A DNA stretch of 64,000 nt from Mobula hypostoma. Its lineage: Eukaryota. Within the stretch, counting starts at the first letter, position 1. Every line of letters begins with the position of its first letter. A program made the position numbers and the translations under genes. Below are positions 49,355-61,295 of this stretch, piece by piece. Under the pieces are notes generated by a model. The model was not told the DNA's origin and ran no database searches. It worked only from the letters and a program-made list of their open reading frames with translations. The stretch covers positions 155,620,001-155,684,000 of the forward strand of contig NC_086098.1 of the NCBI RefSeq assembly GCF_963921235.1, given 5' to 3'.

Positions 49355-49983
49355 CGCAGACTGGGAGACCGCTTTGCTGAACATCTACGCTCTGTCCGCC
49401 AGAGAAAGCAGGATCTCCCAGTGGCCACACATTTTAATTCTACATCCCATTCCCATTCTGACATGTCTATCCACGGCCTCCTCTACTGTAAAGATGAAGC
49501 CACACTCAGGTTGGAGGAACAACACCTTATATTCCGTCTGGGTAGCCTCCAACCTGATGGCATGAACATCGACTTCTCTAACTTCCGCTAAGGCCCCACC
49601 TCCCCCTCGTACCTCATCTGTTACTCATTTTTATGCACACATTCTTTCTCTCACTCTCCTTTTTCTCCCTCTGTCCCTCTGAATATACCTCTTGCCCATC
49701 CTCTGGGTCACCCCCCCCTTGTCTTTCTTCCCGGACCTCCTGTCCCATGATCCTCTCGTATCCCCTTTTGCCTATCACCTGTCCAGCTCTCGGCTCTATC
49801 CCTCCCCCTCCTGTCTTCTCCTATCATTTTGATCTCCCCCTCCCCCTCCAGCTTTCAAATTCCTTACTCACTCTTCCTTCAGTTAGTCCTGACGAAGGGT
49901 CTCGGCCTGAAACGTCGACTGCACCTCTTCCTATAGATGCTGCTTGGCCTGCTGCGTTCACCAGCAACTTTGATGTATGTTGC
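49355..49983 (+). mobile_element. Penelope-like 3' end (GIY-YIG tail + terminal repeat)
   Basis: Same sequence as 2535-3160 (reverse); absent from the cluster B paralog at about 60035. Confidence 0.88.
49884..49921 (+). ncRNA. Minimal type I hammerhead ribozyme motif in the PLE terminal repeat
   Basis: tagtc-CTGACGA-agg(gtctcgg)cct-GAAA-C-GTC-gactg: intact core, helix I and helix II pair, and helix III is reduced to the palindrome ACGT. Confidence 0.7.
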
Positions 49984-51039
49984 AATGATTAATCTAGCAG
50001 TTAGTCTTCCCAGTGAGATCTGAAAGCGTTTCTCCAGAATTGATGGACTAACTGATCCGTTGTTGCTGCCATGCTGTTTCTCCGGGCATTTAAACGTGGC
50101 AAATATGGCAGCAGCTCTGTAACTTTTAGGAAAATGTAAGGGAACACATAAATAACTTGCGCAGGATGGTGAATGATTAAAAATCATTTAAAATATGTTC
50201 AGCGTGACGGATATAATCAGATACAGTGGAAATTTTGGGAAGATTATACCTTATTGAAGGCGCAGTTTAGGAGGGATAACGGCGCCTACCAGCGACTCCT
50301 TTGCTTGCATCTTCGGAAACTGCTCTATTTCTACCTTCAATATAATTATTTTTCCCTTTCAGGGTTCTTTTCAAGACCCTGACCTGGAGTTACACTCAAG
50401 CTTCGATTCTTTGCGGGAATTGGGCCCGTTCTCGGTGTTCCACGAATGGACGTTATTCCACATGCCAAGGGTTTGGCCTAAGAGCCTCGATCGTGTTCGG
50501 AAGCCTAAGATCTCGGGGCTCTGGAGACCTGCGGATCGCGGGTCGGTATCACGACAGGAGACTCGTGTGTCATCGGGGAGGCCGGAAAATCTTTAGCTCT
50601 TGGCCCAAAGACCCGAAGTCTTTGCGATCTTCGGACACAGAGCTTGAAAAAAGCGATGAAATAGACTTTTAACATCGCAAACCAGCGGGTTGTTGTTATC
50701 TCTCCCGCTCGCTGTGAATATGGGGGACACCTCGCTTTCCCTTGCCAGGGTGAGCGAGAACCTGTGGTTTGTCGAATGTCGGATAAAATGTGAAGCCTTT
50801 GGGGTAAGATTAGTCTGGGTCTTTGCTATTGCTTAGCACACAATTTGGGCTCGGTGACAGTACCGATGCGCTTTTTTGCCGGTGTGGGGGGGGGGGGGGG
50901 GGGGCGGGATCGTTGTTTCTGCCTCTTACGCGCGGCAGGGGAGAACTGGGGAGGACTTCGGGGTTCTTACGTTTAACTGTCGTTTATTCTTTGGGGCACT
51001 TCTCTGTTCTTGCTGATGTTTGAGAAGAAAAAGCATTTC

Positions 51040-51770
51040 AGAATGCTAGGAGCCACACTTGTGTCCCCATCTACATCAACGGAGCTGTAGTGGAGCGTGT
51101 ATCAAGCTTCAAATTCCTTGGTGTCCACATTTCCGATTATCTCACCTGGTCCCTGAACTCCTCCATCCTGATCAAAAAGGCGCAACAGCGCCTTTATTTC
51201 CTGCGGAGCATCAAGAAAGCTCACCTCTGTCCCAGAATACTGACAGACTTTTACTGCTGTACCATTGAGAGCATACTCACCAACTGCATCTCAGTGTGGT
51301 ATGACATTTGTCTCGTATCGGACCGCAAAGCACTTCAGCGTGCGGTGAAAACTGCCCAGCGGATTATTGGCACCCAATTGCCCGCCATTGAGAACATCTA
51401 CCATAAACGCTGCCTGGGCAGGGCGAAAAGCATTATCAAGGATGCATCTCACCCTAACCATGGACTTTTTACTCTCCTCCCATCCGGTAAGCGCTACAGG
51501 AGCTTCTGCTCCCGCACCAGCAGGCACGGGAAGAGCTTCTTCCCTGAGGCTGTGACCCTGCTGAACCTCACATCACAGCGCTAAGCAGTATTGCACCCAT
51601 ACTGGACCGTCTCAGTACTTCTATATTTGTATACTGTAGCACTTACTTTTTACTCGCAGTTATTTTGTAAATAACAGTATTCTTTGGCACTTCTCGTCAG
51701 ATGCTAATTGCATTTCATTGGCTTAGTATCTGTACTCGGCACAATGACAATAAAGTTGAATCTAATCAAA
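51040..51770 (+). mobile_element. Rex1/Babar-type LINE 3' fragment
   Basis: ORF 51090-51584 ERVSSFKFLGVHIS..KKAQQRLYFLR..FYCCTIESILT, followed by a 3' UTR with aataaa. Confidence 0.8.
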
Positions 51771-52065
51771 TCTAATATTGTATACATTTCTCTGATATTA
51801 AATTCGACCTTTGAACCTTTGAACCTTATTGCATTGGAACCAATCGCCTTACACTCATTAACTAGCGATCAGACAAATTCTTCACCTGGTTTGGCAATTA
51901 TTAGTTCGGCTTCTACAAAACCAGCGCAAATTTAAAAAAAAAAATTAGAGGGACAGTTGGCGCATCGGACGCGCGAGTTCAACTAAACTGGCAAAGGAAC
52001 GTTCCTCGTGTTTGGGTATTTGAAAAATGCTCTGTTTCGTTTCGAAGCAACCCTTAGACGTTAAA

Positions 52066-52440
52066 ATTAACGTTTTAATTAAAATTAATTCTTGAAACAA
52101 ATAAACAAAGGAAGGTGAAACAATAAATTGAAAATAAGCCATATTTGCACAGTTGATCCTTCCCTTTATACAGATCATTTTTTCCCTACACCGCACAAAC
52201 AAATGTGTCTCCATAGTTTTCAATGTGTAAAGATAGAAGGCACATTCTACAGTGTAATGCTGTGTGACGTCCTTTCGGTTCTGCTATAGGTTTCTGGAGC
52301 GGTGTATTAAGTACTGCAAGGAAAACTGACGGTATGCAGATAGTTTTCAAAAAATTATTCATAAATTTTGAAAATCCGCACGTTAGAAAGAATTACCAAT
52401 TGTATGTCGTCGAAAAAGATTTAATCTAAATCTATTAAAA
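52066..52440 (+). repeat. Third partial copy of the cluster A 3' flank (about 25365-25770; about 190-540)
   Basis: aacgttttaattaaaatta, ttttccctacacc, ctttcggttctgcta and aaaactgac..atgcagatagttttcaaaa are shared. A V-SINE follows on the minus strand at about 52490-52640. Confidence 0.75.
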
Positions 52441-55400
52441 ACTAGCCTAATCCTAGGAAAATTTACGACGACCAATTAACCTTTAACGTGAACGTCTTTG
52501 AATTGTGGGAAGAACCCGGAGCACCCGCAAGAACCCCATGCGATTCACGGAAAGAACGAACAAACTCCTACAGACAGCGCCAGAAGTGAAGTCCGAACTA
52601 GAGAAAGCCCGGATTTGTTGTAGCGTTATACTCACCGCTACACTACATAGATGCCCAGGAAACACGGGTAAGGAGAGGTGTAAGTGAATACAAGAGCTTA
52701 GATTAAGCAAGGTCACATGTATGAATGGGAAATCGTTCGCGGATCATCCTCAAGATGAACATGACCCCTCATTGTCCAGATATTTGTCCAAATATTGTCA
52801 AGAGAGAGGATCAACCGCTGATCATTGCGAAATGCCGAAAGCATGTTCGGAACAGTAACGGTGCGGCTAAACGTAAAGACAAAAAATGCTGGCAGTATTC
52901 AGCATTCAGCATAGGCAGCCTATGTTTAAGAAGAGGCTTTGCTGACAATTCAATTCATCAGAATATCCTGAAGGCAAGTGCGGGATCTGAAAGGCAACCT
53001 TCTTCTTCCATAGATGCTGGTTGAACCAACGTGTCTCCAGCATGTTCTGTTTTTGATTTCGATTTCCAAAATTTGACGTTCATTGTCGTGAAGCTGGTGA
53101 AGGAAGCAAGATTACATGTCTGCAAAATTGCAAAAAGGAACTCATCTTTTCATGGTAATACAGTGCTGAGTGTACAAATACATCAGGGCATTTCGATGTT
53201 AAGAAGAAGGAGGTGCTCGGCCTCCTAATGAGTATTAAGGTAGATCGGTCCCCAGGGCCAGATGGGAGTTATCGTTGGTTATCGAAGGAGTCAGGAAACG
53301 AGATGGCTGCGGCCTTGACCAGTATCTTCATGGCCTATAGCCACAGGCGAGATTCCAGAGGACTGACGGGTGACTAATGATGCCCCTCTATTTACGAAGG
53401 GAACAAGGGAAAATCCCGGAACTATAGAGCAGCGAGCTCACCTCAGTTGTAGGAAATTGCGGAAGAAGATACTTCGGGATAGGATATATGAGCTTTTGGA
53501 AATTTACACCCTAACTAGGGAAAGCAACCACGGCTTTGTACGTTGCAGGCCGTGCCTTGCCAACTTGATTGAGTTTTTTGACAAGATTACGGGAGAGACT
53601 GATGAGGGTAGGGCAGTGGTGTTGGTTACATGGATTTTTGTAAGGCTTTTGACAAAGTCCCTCTCAGGAAACAAATCCGGAAGATTAGGAAGCATGGAGT
53701 CCGTGGCGATTTGGCTCTTTGTATTCAGAAACCACTTGCCAAAAGACGACAGGGGATAGGGTTGAAAGGACTCATTCTAGCCGGAAATCAGTAATTAGTG
53801 GAGTTATGCGAGTGGAGCTCGATTTCTGTTGTTTGTGATGTATATAAATGACCTGGAGTCTAAGAAATTTATTCTATGGAGCATAAAAGAGCACTTAAGA
53901 AGGAAATTAGGATGGCTGAAAGAAGGCATGAGGTTGCTCTAGTAGACAAAGCAAAGGAAACTCCAAGAGTTGCTATATGTATATTATATGGGTATCCGTT
54001 AGTCTCATGAGACCATGGATTTGCGCCTTGGAAGGTTTCCCGGGCGCAGGCCTGGGCAAGGTTGTATGGAAGACCGGCAGTTGCCCATGCTGCAAGTCTC
54101 CCCCCTCCACGCCACCGATGTTATCCAAGGGAAGGGCACTAGGGCCGATACAGCTTTGCACCGGTGTTGTCGCAGAGCAATGTGTGGTTAAGGCTCAAGG
54201 ATACAACACGCTGCCTCAGCTGAGGCTCGAACGATCGACCTTCACTAGACCGACGCCTTAACCACTTCACCACGCGCCAATACACATGTATATTAAGAGT
54301 AACAGTAAAACCTGTGACTAGTTGGTGCTCTTTCCGATCAGAGTGGCCATGAAGCTGAAAGGGATTAAGGAGATCACAAATGGATTTTTTATATATGTAT
54401 TTACTCGACACAGTGTGAGGCAATAAAAGAATTTCAGAGGAGGAGTTGCTTACTGTTTTGAAACAACGAAGGGTAGGTATATCCCCAGGGGTTGAAAAAG
54501 TGTCCTCGGACCTTGGAGGCTGGTGTCAGAAAGCGCAAGGGACCTAGCTAACATTTTAAAATGTCCTTAGCCTCAGCCGATGGTAGCTAATGTTGTTCCG
54601 CTGTTCAAGAAACTCTCCAGGAATAAGATTGGCAATTACAGGCAGGTGAGCCTGACGTTAGCTGTAGGCAGGTTATTGTACTGGTTTCTAAGGGATCAGA
54701 TTAATAGGCATTTGGAGGAAAACAGAGACTAATTAGGAATAGCCAGCATGGTGTGCGTGGTGGGTCATGTCTAACCAATCGTTTTTCGAGAACATTTTCA
54801 AGAGATTTCATGAAGGAAAGACAGTGGATATTGCCTACATAGACTATAGCAAGGCTGATGACTGGGTCCCGTAAGGCAGGTTGTGATGAACGTTAAATCG
54901 CTTGTAATTCAGTATAATTTAGTAATCTGGATCAGACATTGGCTTCGCTGGAAAAGTCAGAGAGTGCTTGTCGATGTTTGCCTCTCTGAGTGCAGGCCTC
55001 TGTCTAGTGGTGTATCTCATGTACAGGTGTTATGTCCGTTGTTGTTTGTCATCTATATCAAGGATCCGAATCATAATGTGGTGATCTAGGTCATCAAAGT
55101 TGTGTGTAGCAGCAAGATCGGTGACGTAGTGAACTGCGGGTAAGGTCATTGAACTTTGCAGTGGGATCTGGAGCAGCTGGGAAAAAACAGGCTGAAAATG
55201 TCAGATGGTCATTATTCAAGGCAAAGTGAGGCCAAACCAGGTTGGACTTACTCGATGAGCTGTCGGACACTGAAGAGCACGGTAGAACAGAAGTAAGGCC
55301 GATCTATAATTTCTTCATAGCGGCGTCGTAGGTAAATAGCTTCGTAAACAAAGCTTTTGGCATATTTGCCTTCGTAGATCAAAGGAAATATTGATTACAA

Positions 55401-57140
55401 GAGTTGGGACGAAACTTTCAAGTTGTATAAGACTTTTGAGAAGCCTTATTTGTAGTTCTAGTCATCTGCCTACAGGAACGATATCAATACGATTGAAAGA
55501 GTGCAGAGAAAATTTACAGGGATGTTACTGGCATTTGACCTGAATTATAGGGAAAGGTTGAATAAGTTTGGATTCCATTCCCTGCAGCAAAGTAGAATGA
55601 TTGTTGATTCTATGGAGATATACAAAATTATGAGATGTGTAGACAACGTAAATGCAAGCTGGACTTTTCCACTAAAATTGTGTGAAATTAGAACTAGAGA
55701 TCATGGATTAAAGATGAAATGATTAATTGAAGCATGAGATGAAAGTCTTTACTCGGAGTGTAGTGGGAGTGTGGAACGAGCTGCCAGCGAGAGGATTGGG
55801 TGCGGGTTCTATTTCACCATTTATGAGCAATTTGGATAGGTACATGGACGGCACCGTATGGAGAACAACGCCCTGCTGACTAGTCCAGGTAATAGTTCAG
55901 CTAGATGGGATGAAGAGCCTGCTTCTGCGCAGTAGTGCTCTATAACAATACTGTATCTATATGTTTCGGAAACTTGAAAGTACTAACTGTAATGGTTTCA
56001 ATTTGGATTCCGATGGGTATGAACAGTTCATGTATTTCACTGGAATTGAAAACGAAAAGCTTGGTAACCACGGTTATTTTTAAAAATATTAAAATGCCCC
56101 TTCGGTTTATATTAAATTAAACATGTGATTTTTAAAATAAAGGTCCAATGTAAAATGACTATCGCCTGTTCTCCTTATCAGCAAGTTCATGTCGTGGACA
56201 TACGAAAGAATAACAATAGGAGCAAGCTGAGCAGATCTCCGATCTCTGGTCGCGTGTCGCGTCTCGACTCCGGTGAATCTCTTAAAGATCTTCCGATCGC
56301 AATCTACTTGGGCATCGATAAAATTTCTAAAGAAACTAAGGATTAAAGGCGCATCTAGAGAAGAATATTATCTTTTGTTTCAGTCCCCAATACCGAAACC
56401 TATTATATGAACACTGCAACTTTCAGCTCTCCACAGAAAACAAGCGAGACTCGGTTCGGAATTTAACCTGCTTGCCCATAAACATTTTTACATATTTCAA
56501 TGGCGTTGCCTCCCTTTCATCCAAATGCCGTAGAAAATAGGCCGTATATATTCATTCACATAAATACGCACTTATTCTGCAAGCAAAATCTGCTGCACTT
56601 CACGCAATCTGATGATCGTCCCGGACCAACCAATTCCGCCCCGTCTATATTTATCAATTGTCCTCAGTTTAATGTGTTCCTTCATGACAGAGGACTGCGT
56701 ATCTGTGTGTGCACGTGTGTGCGCTTACATAGCTCCTATTTTTTTTACATCAAGCCAATATCATTAAAGAGAGATTTAAAATATATTTTTGTTTCATTCT
56801 GCACTCGAAAGAGAAGTCATGAAAACATATTGCAAATCGGACTGGATTGTTAATGTTATTGTGGTCGAAATTATCAGCAGTCTGGCAAGAATCAAGAATG
56901 CAACCTTCCTACCACGGTCATTTGATGAACATTTGGGGATGCATTTAACTGAGATTAATTAACATTGGAGTTTGAATTAACGATTATACCGTTTTAATAG
57001 AATGGCATTTAAAACTGACAAAACTTAAATGACGACTCTGAACGCAAATACTTAACTGAAAAAGAATAACATTTTAAAATCATTTTAATGAAGGAAAAAA
57101 CGGATAAGCTTTTCATCTTTAATAAGTTTGAAATATAGTC

Positions 57141-57463
57141 TCAGATACAGCTGGATCTCTCGATCGTTGCCACAAACGGATTTGCCAGAGCCTCGTGTTT
57201 AACCACACAGGAGTAAAGCTCGTGTGTGCTCCATTCTGCGGCTGGCAGAGTCAGGTAACTGCTCACACTGAACGTGTTGTCCGTGTCCTGCTGGACAGGG
57301 CTCGTTTCAACGCCATCGCTTTTCGTACGTCTGTCCACGGTCCATTCAATGTTCACAGCACCCGGATTAAAACGGCTCACCAAACAGACCAGTGTCGCTG
57401 TGCCTTTTCCCGTAATTTCTTCCGCTGACGGCCGGAGGACGGTGATGGCGGGGCTCCGAGGAT
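57141..57463 (-). CDS. IGLC: IgL cluster B constant exon, shark lambda/type II-like, intact
   Basis: Acceptor ctttaaacag|AT is in phase with the J donor. Peptide (N)PRSPAITVLRPS..ATLVCLVSRFNPGAVNIEWTVD..DNTFSVSSYLTL..HELYSCVVKHEALANP..RSSCI* closely resembles elasmobranch type II C regions as I recall them. Confidence 0.95.
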
Positions 57464-57927
57464 CTGTTTAAAGCAAGGTGCCAGTTTAGTACAGGTTGAG
57501 AAACTGTTCCTGTTAAAACATCTCTTTTGTTTAAAGTGCATTTGGTATTTCATATAGTCCTTCATCTTAACGAATAAATACTTATTTTCCGTTTTCCCAT
57601 TTCAATCTGTTAAATTAGACGTGAAAAGAATTGCCAGATAAAATCTCCCGTGATACTTGTTTTTTTTTCTGACACTGGGGCACAATATGTGCAGAGGCGT
57701 AAAATGAATGATTTCGGCCAGGCTTTTCATCGGCTTTGCATCCTTTGGATTCAGGTTGAATAAAAGTCTGATGTTATACCTGTCTGCTAATTGTGGCTTC
57801 CATTGGCACCTAAACTTCCACCGTCTTTATTTCAACCTTAGACATCTTCACTTCATTCAAATCTTCAGTAATCAAGACAAGGAGGAGAAGTCTAATACAT
57901 ATTTTGCTTAAAGTCAGGGATTATTAC

Positions 57928-58006
57928 ACGGGGTTCTCAACCTTTTTTATACCATGGACCCGTATTATTAGCAGAGGGATGTGCAGACCCCAGACTGGGA
58001 ACCCCT
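57928..58006. mobile_element. Short hAT-type MITE
   Basis: Termini ggggttctcaacc / gggaacccct over about 80 bp. Confidence 0.5.
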
Positions 58007-58059
58007 AGAATAGTATATTTGATTCATGTTAGCCATCGGACTACATAGTTCGCTTTGCG

Positions 58060-58965
58060 CAATATTAAATTACAGGCAGCCTGTATAGGCGACACAAAGG
58101 TTGCTGGTGCTGTAGATAGTGTAGAGGATTGTCAAAGATTGCAGAGAGACATTGATAAGATGCAGAAGTGGGCTGAGAAGTGGCAGATGGAGTTCAACCC
58201 GGAGAAGTGTGAGACGGTACACTTTGGAAGGACAAACTCCAAGGAAGAGTACAAAGTAAATGGCAAGATACTTGGTAGTGTGGAGGAGCAGAGGGATCTG
58301 GGGGTACATGTCCACAGATCCCTGAAAGTTGCCTCACAGGTAGATAGGATAGTTAAGAAAGCTTATGGGGTGTTAGCTTTCATAAGTCGAGGGATAGAGT
58401 TTAAGAATCGAGATGTAATGATGCAGCTCTATAAAAATCTGGTTAGGCCACACTTGGAGTATTGTGTCCATTTCTGGTCGCCTCACTATAGGAAGTATGT
58501 GGAAGCATTGGAAACGGTACAGAGGAGATTTACCAGGATGCTGCCTGTGTTAGAGAGTATGCATTATGATCAGAGAATAAGGGAGCTAGGCCTTTACTCT
58601 TTGGAGAGGAGACATGATAGAGGTGTACAAGATAATAAGAGGAATAGATAGAGTGGATAGCCAGCTCCTCTTCCTCAGGGCACCACTGCTCAATACAAGA
58701 GGACATGGCTTTAAGGTCAGGGGTGGGAAGTTCAATGGGGATATTAGAGGAAGGTTTTTTACTCAGAGAGTGGTTGGTGCGTGGAAGGCACTGTCTGAGT
58801 CAGTGGTGGAGGCAGATATACTAGTGAAGTTTAAGAGACTACTAGACAGATATATGGAGGAATTTAAGGTGGGGGGTTATATGGGAAGCAGGGTTTGAGG
58901 GTCGGCACGATATTGTGGGCCGAAGGGCCTGTAATGTGCTGTACTATTCTATGTTCTATATTCTA
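58060..58965 (+). mobile_element. 5'-truncated CR1 in the cluster B J-C intron (antisense to the gene)
   Basis: ORFs 58055-58651 and 58614-58898 (KWAEKWQMEFNPEKC, RPHLEYC) and a (ttctat)n tail. Confidence 0.88.
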
Positions 58966-60112
58966 TATAGTAAATCACTTTTGGACAGTTGAACATACAT
59001 GTTGAAACTTATACGCTTTGTTTCCGAAATATTATTTTTTTCCGCTTGAAGAAAGTAATTCAAATCTGGTTCGTGGAGTGTAGGGGATCTTTCTCCTGAC
59101 ACTCACCAGTGAGGAAACCACTTTCTTACAATGTTCACGACCTAAGTGGTAAAGAGAACGAATAGAACTGTGTTCATCTGATATAGTTCAGAACTACGGC
59201 TCAACGTGGTTTACTTTCATATTTCTAAGTAATTTTCGTGTAAAGTTGAAACGCTCGCTGTTCCGTGGTTCCATTTTTAGTAATGACAACTTTAATGATA
59301 GATCAATTCCACTGATTTACTGCCCGTTATACCGCTGTCGTTCAGGGCAGCAATAAAGATCCTCAATCTCTGTCTATAGAAGGCGTCGCACACAGATAGA
59401 GTGGGATGCTTCATTGCTATTTCCGCAACAAACTTTGACCTGCCAGGGTTGTTATCCCTGAGTTGAACCTCTGATCCTGCATGGCGTATGGATCACTCTT
59501 AGTCTGGCCTTTACCTTTTGATCTGATGGGCATGGTTGACACTATCAAGAACCAAAGCACAAGTCCCTTGACACTCGCCAACATAGCTCTCCGGGTCATT
59601 GAGCCACGCATGTCTTCGAACCATATGATAAGGTTGTGGTCCTCTTGGAAGTCGGTTTCCACATGGTGACCCAAATGCATAATGATTTTGAATTGCCAAA
59701 TTTCAGTATCACAATTGGCAGAAAAGTCTGTCTGCTTTGTTTGCACATATTGACATTCCAAAGTAAGAGAGAAATAATACCAACAGTTGAAAACATAAAA
59801 TACTAAAAGGCGTCTGCTAATAAAGATTGAGCATTTCCATTCTAATATCTGCGTGCCACTCCACGAAGCCCGTTCTGGTCCTAAATGGTGCAAGTTTGTT
59901 TCAGATTTCATTCAAATTCATATTTAACTCTATAAAGCAAAACATTCAAGGATTGTTTTAAAATCCCTTGGCGGTCTAATACAAACTTTTAACTGCTCAA
60001 ACTGGCGATGAAAAAAAGATTAAATATAAACTAAGACAATGATTAATCTAGCAGAGACGTCTCAATGAGTTTCTCTAGTATTGATGGACTAATTGATCCG
60101 TTGTTTTTGATC

Positions 60113-60712
60113 GCAAACACGAGGAAATCTGCAGATGCTGGAATTTCAAGCAACACACACAAAAATTGCTGGTGAACACAGCAGGCCAGGCAGCATCTAT
60201 AGGAAGGGGTACAGTCGACGTTTCGGGCCGAGGCCTTTCGTCAGGACTAATTGAAAGAAGAGATAGTAAGAGATTTGAAAGTTGGAGAGGGAGGGGGAGA
60301 TCCGAAATGATAGAAGACAGGAGGGGGAGGGATGGAGTTAAGAGATGACCAAGAAAGGATTTATGGCTGTAATAGCGAGTCTGAGTCAAACTGTGGTCGA
60401 AAAGTTGAAGGGCCGAAGAAATTATAGATGGGGAGCAGTGAGAGATAGTTTCACTAATCTCCCCTGGAAGAGAACACTTAAATTTCTTCAGTGTAGGCAA
60501 CACCGGAAGAGGCTTCGCAGTAGTGAGTTTAAAAACGCAAACACCAGGAAATCTGCAGATGCTGGAATTTCAAGCAACACACACAAAAATTGCTGGTGAA
60601 TACAGCAGGCCAGGCAGCATCTATAGGAAGAGGCACAGTCGACATTTCGGGCCGAGACCCTTCGTCAGGACTAACTGAAAGAAGATTTAGTAAGAGATTT
60701 GTAAGTAGGATA
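60113..60712 (-). mobile_element. Rearranged Penelope-like terminal repeats (two partial copies with degenerate hammerhead motifs)
   Basis: The gaaatctgcagatgctggaatttcaagcaacacac block occurs twice, with a short ORF-start fragment between the copies. Confidence 0.8.
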
Positions 60713-61295
60713 TTCTATTTCTCTGAGCACTTAAAGAATTCGCATTAACTGCCGTGTTATCGTCATCCATCTCTCTGATGGCAAATATGGTACGAGTTTT
60801 GTTATTGCTTTGGAAAATGTAAGGAGACACATGAACAACTTGAGCAGGGTGGCGAATGATTTTTAAAAACTCATTTTTTCAGCGTGCCGGAGATAACCAG
60901 ATACTGCGGAAAATTTGAGAATGATTATAGCTTATTGCATTGGAGCCAATCGCCTTCGTCATCTATCTTTCTTAATCTATGCAAGATTATGTTTTTTAAA
61001 GAACCCTCCACGGTCCAGTAATCAGTAGCTAGCAGATAGATTAGGGTTCTGAGGGGCACCAGCACAAAATGGTGTCATCAGCAAAGAAGCATCCACCAAC
61101 AGAATCATAGATGCAACCAAAATTCGGGAATTCAGGATTATACTTATTTACTATCGATCGAAACAATTCTTCACCTGGTTTGGCAATTATTAGTTCGGCT
61201 TCTACAAAGCCAGGTCAAACTAAAGAAACAACACAGGGGCATTTGGCGCTTCGGGCGCGCGAGTTCAATTAAATTGTCAAAGGACCGTTACTCCA

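Larger units (their letters stand above)
48568..52065 (-). repeat. Ghost cluster B: paralog of the cluster B J-C intron (about 59248-63390)
   Basis: Collinear blocks include gaaacg.tcgctgtt.cgtggttccattttt, aaactttgacctgccagggttgttatccctgagttgaacctctgatc, ttcttcacctggtttggcaattattagttcggcttctacaaa and tatttgaaaaatgc. The match ends about 60 bp short of the J donor. Confidence 0.85.

Noticed and set aside
44080-54415. Isolated CACAGTG heptamers (about 44080 and about 54409)
   Set aside because: No nonamer at 12/23 spacing and no adjacent V or J segment; both lie in decayed repeat sequence.
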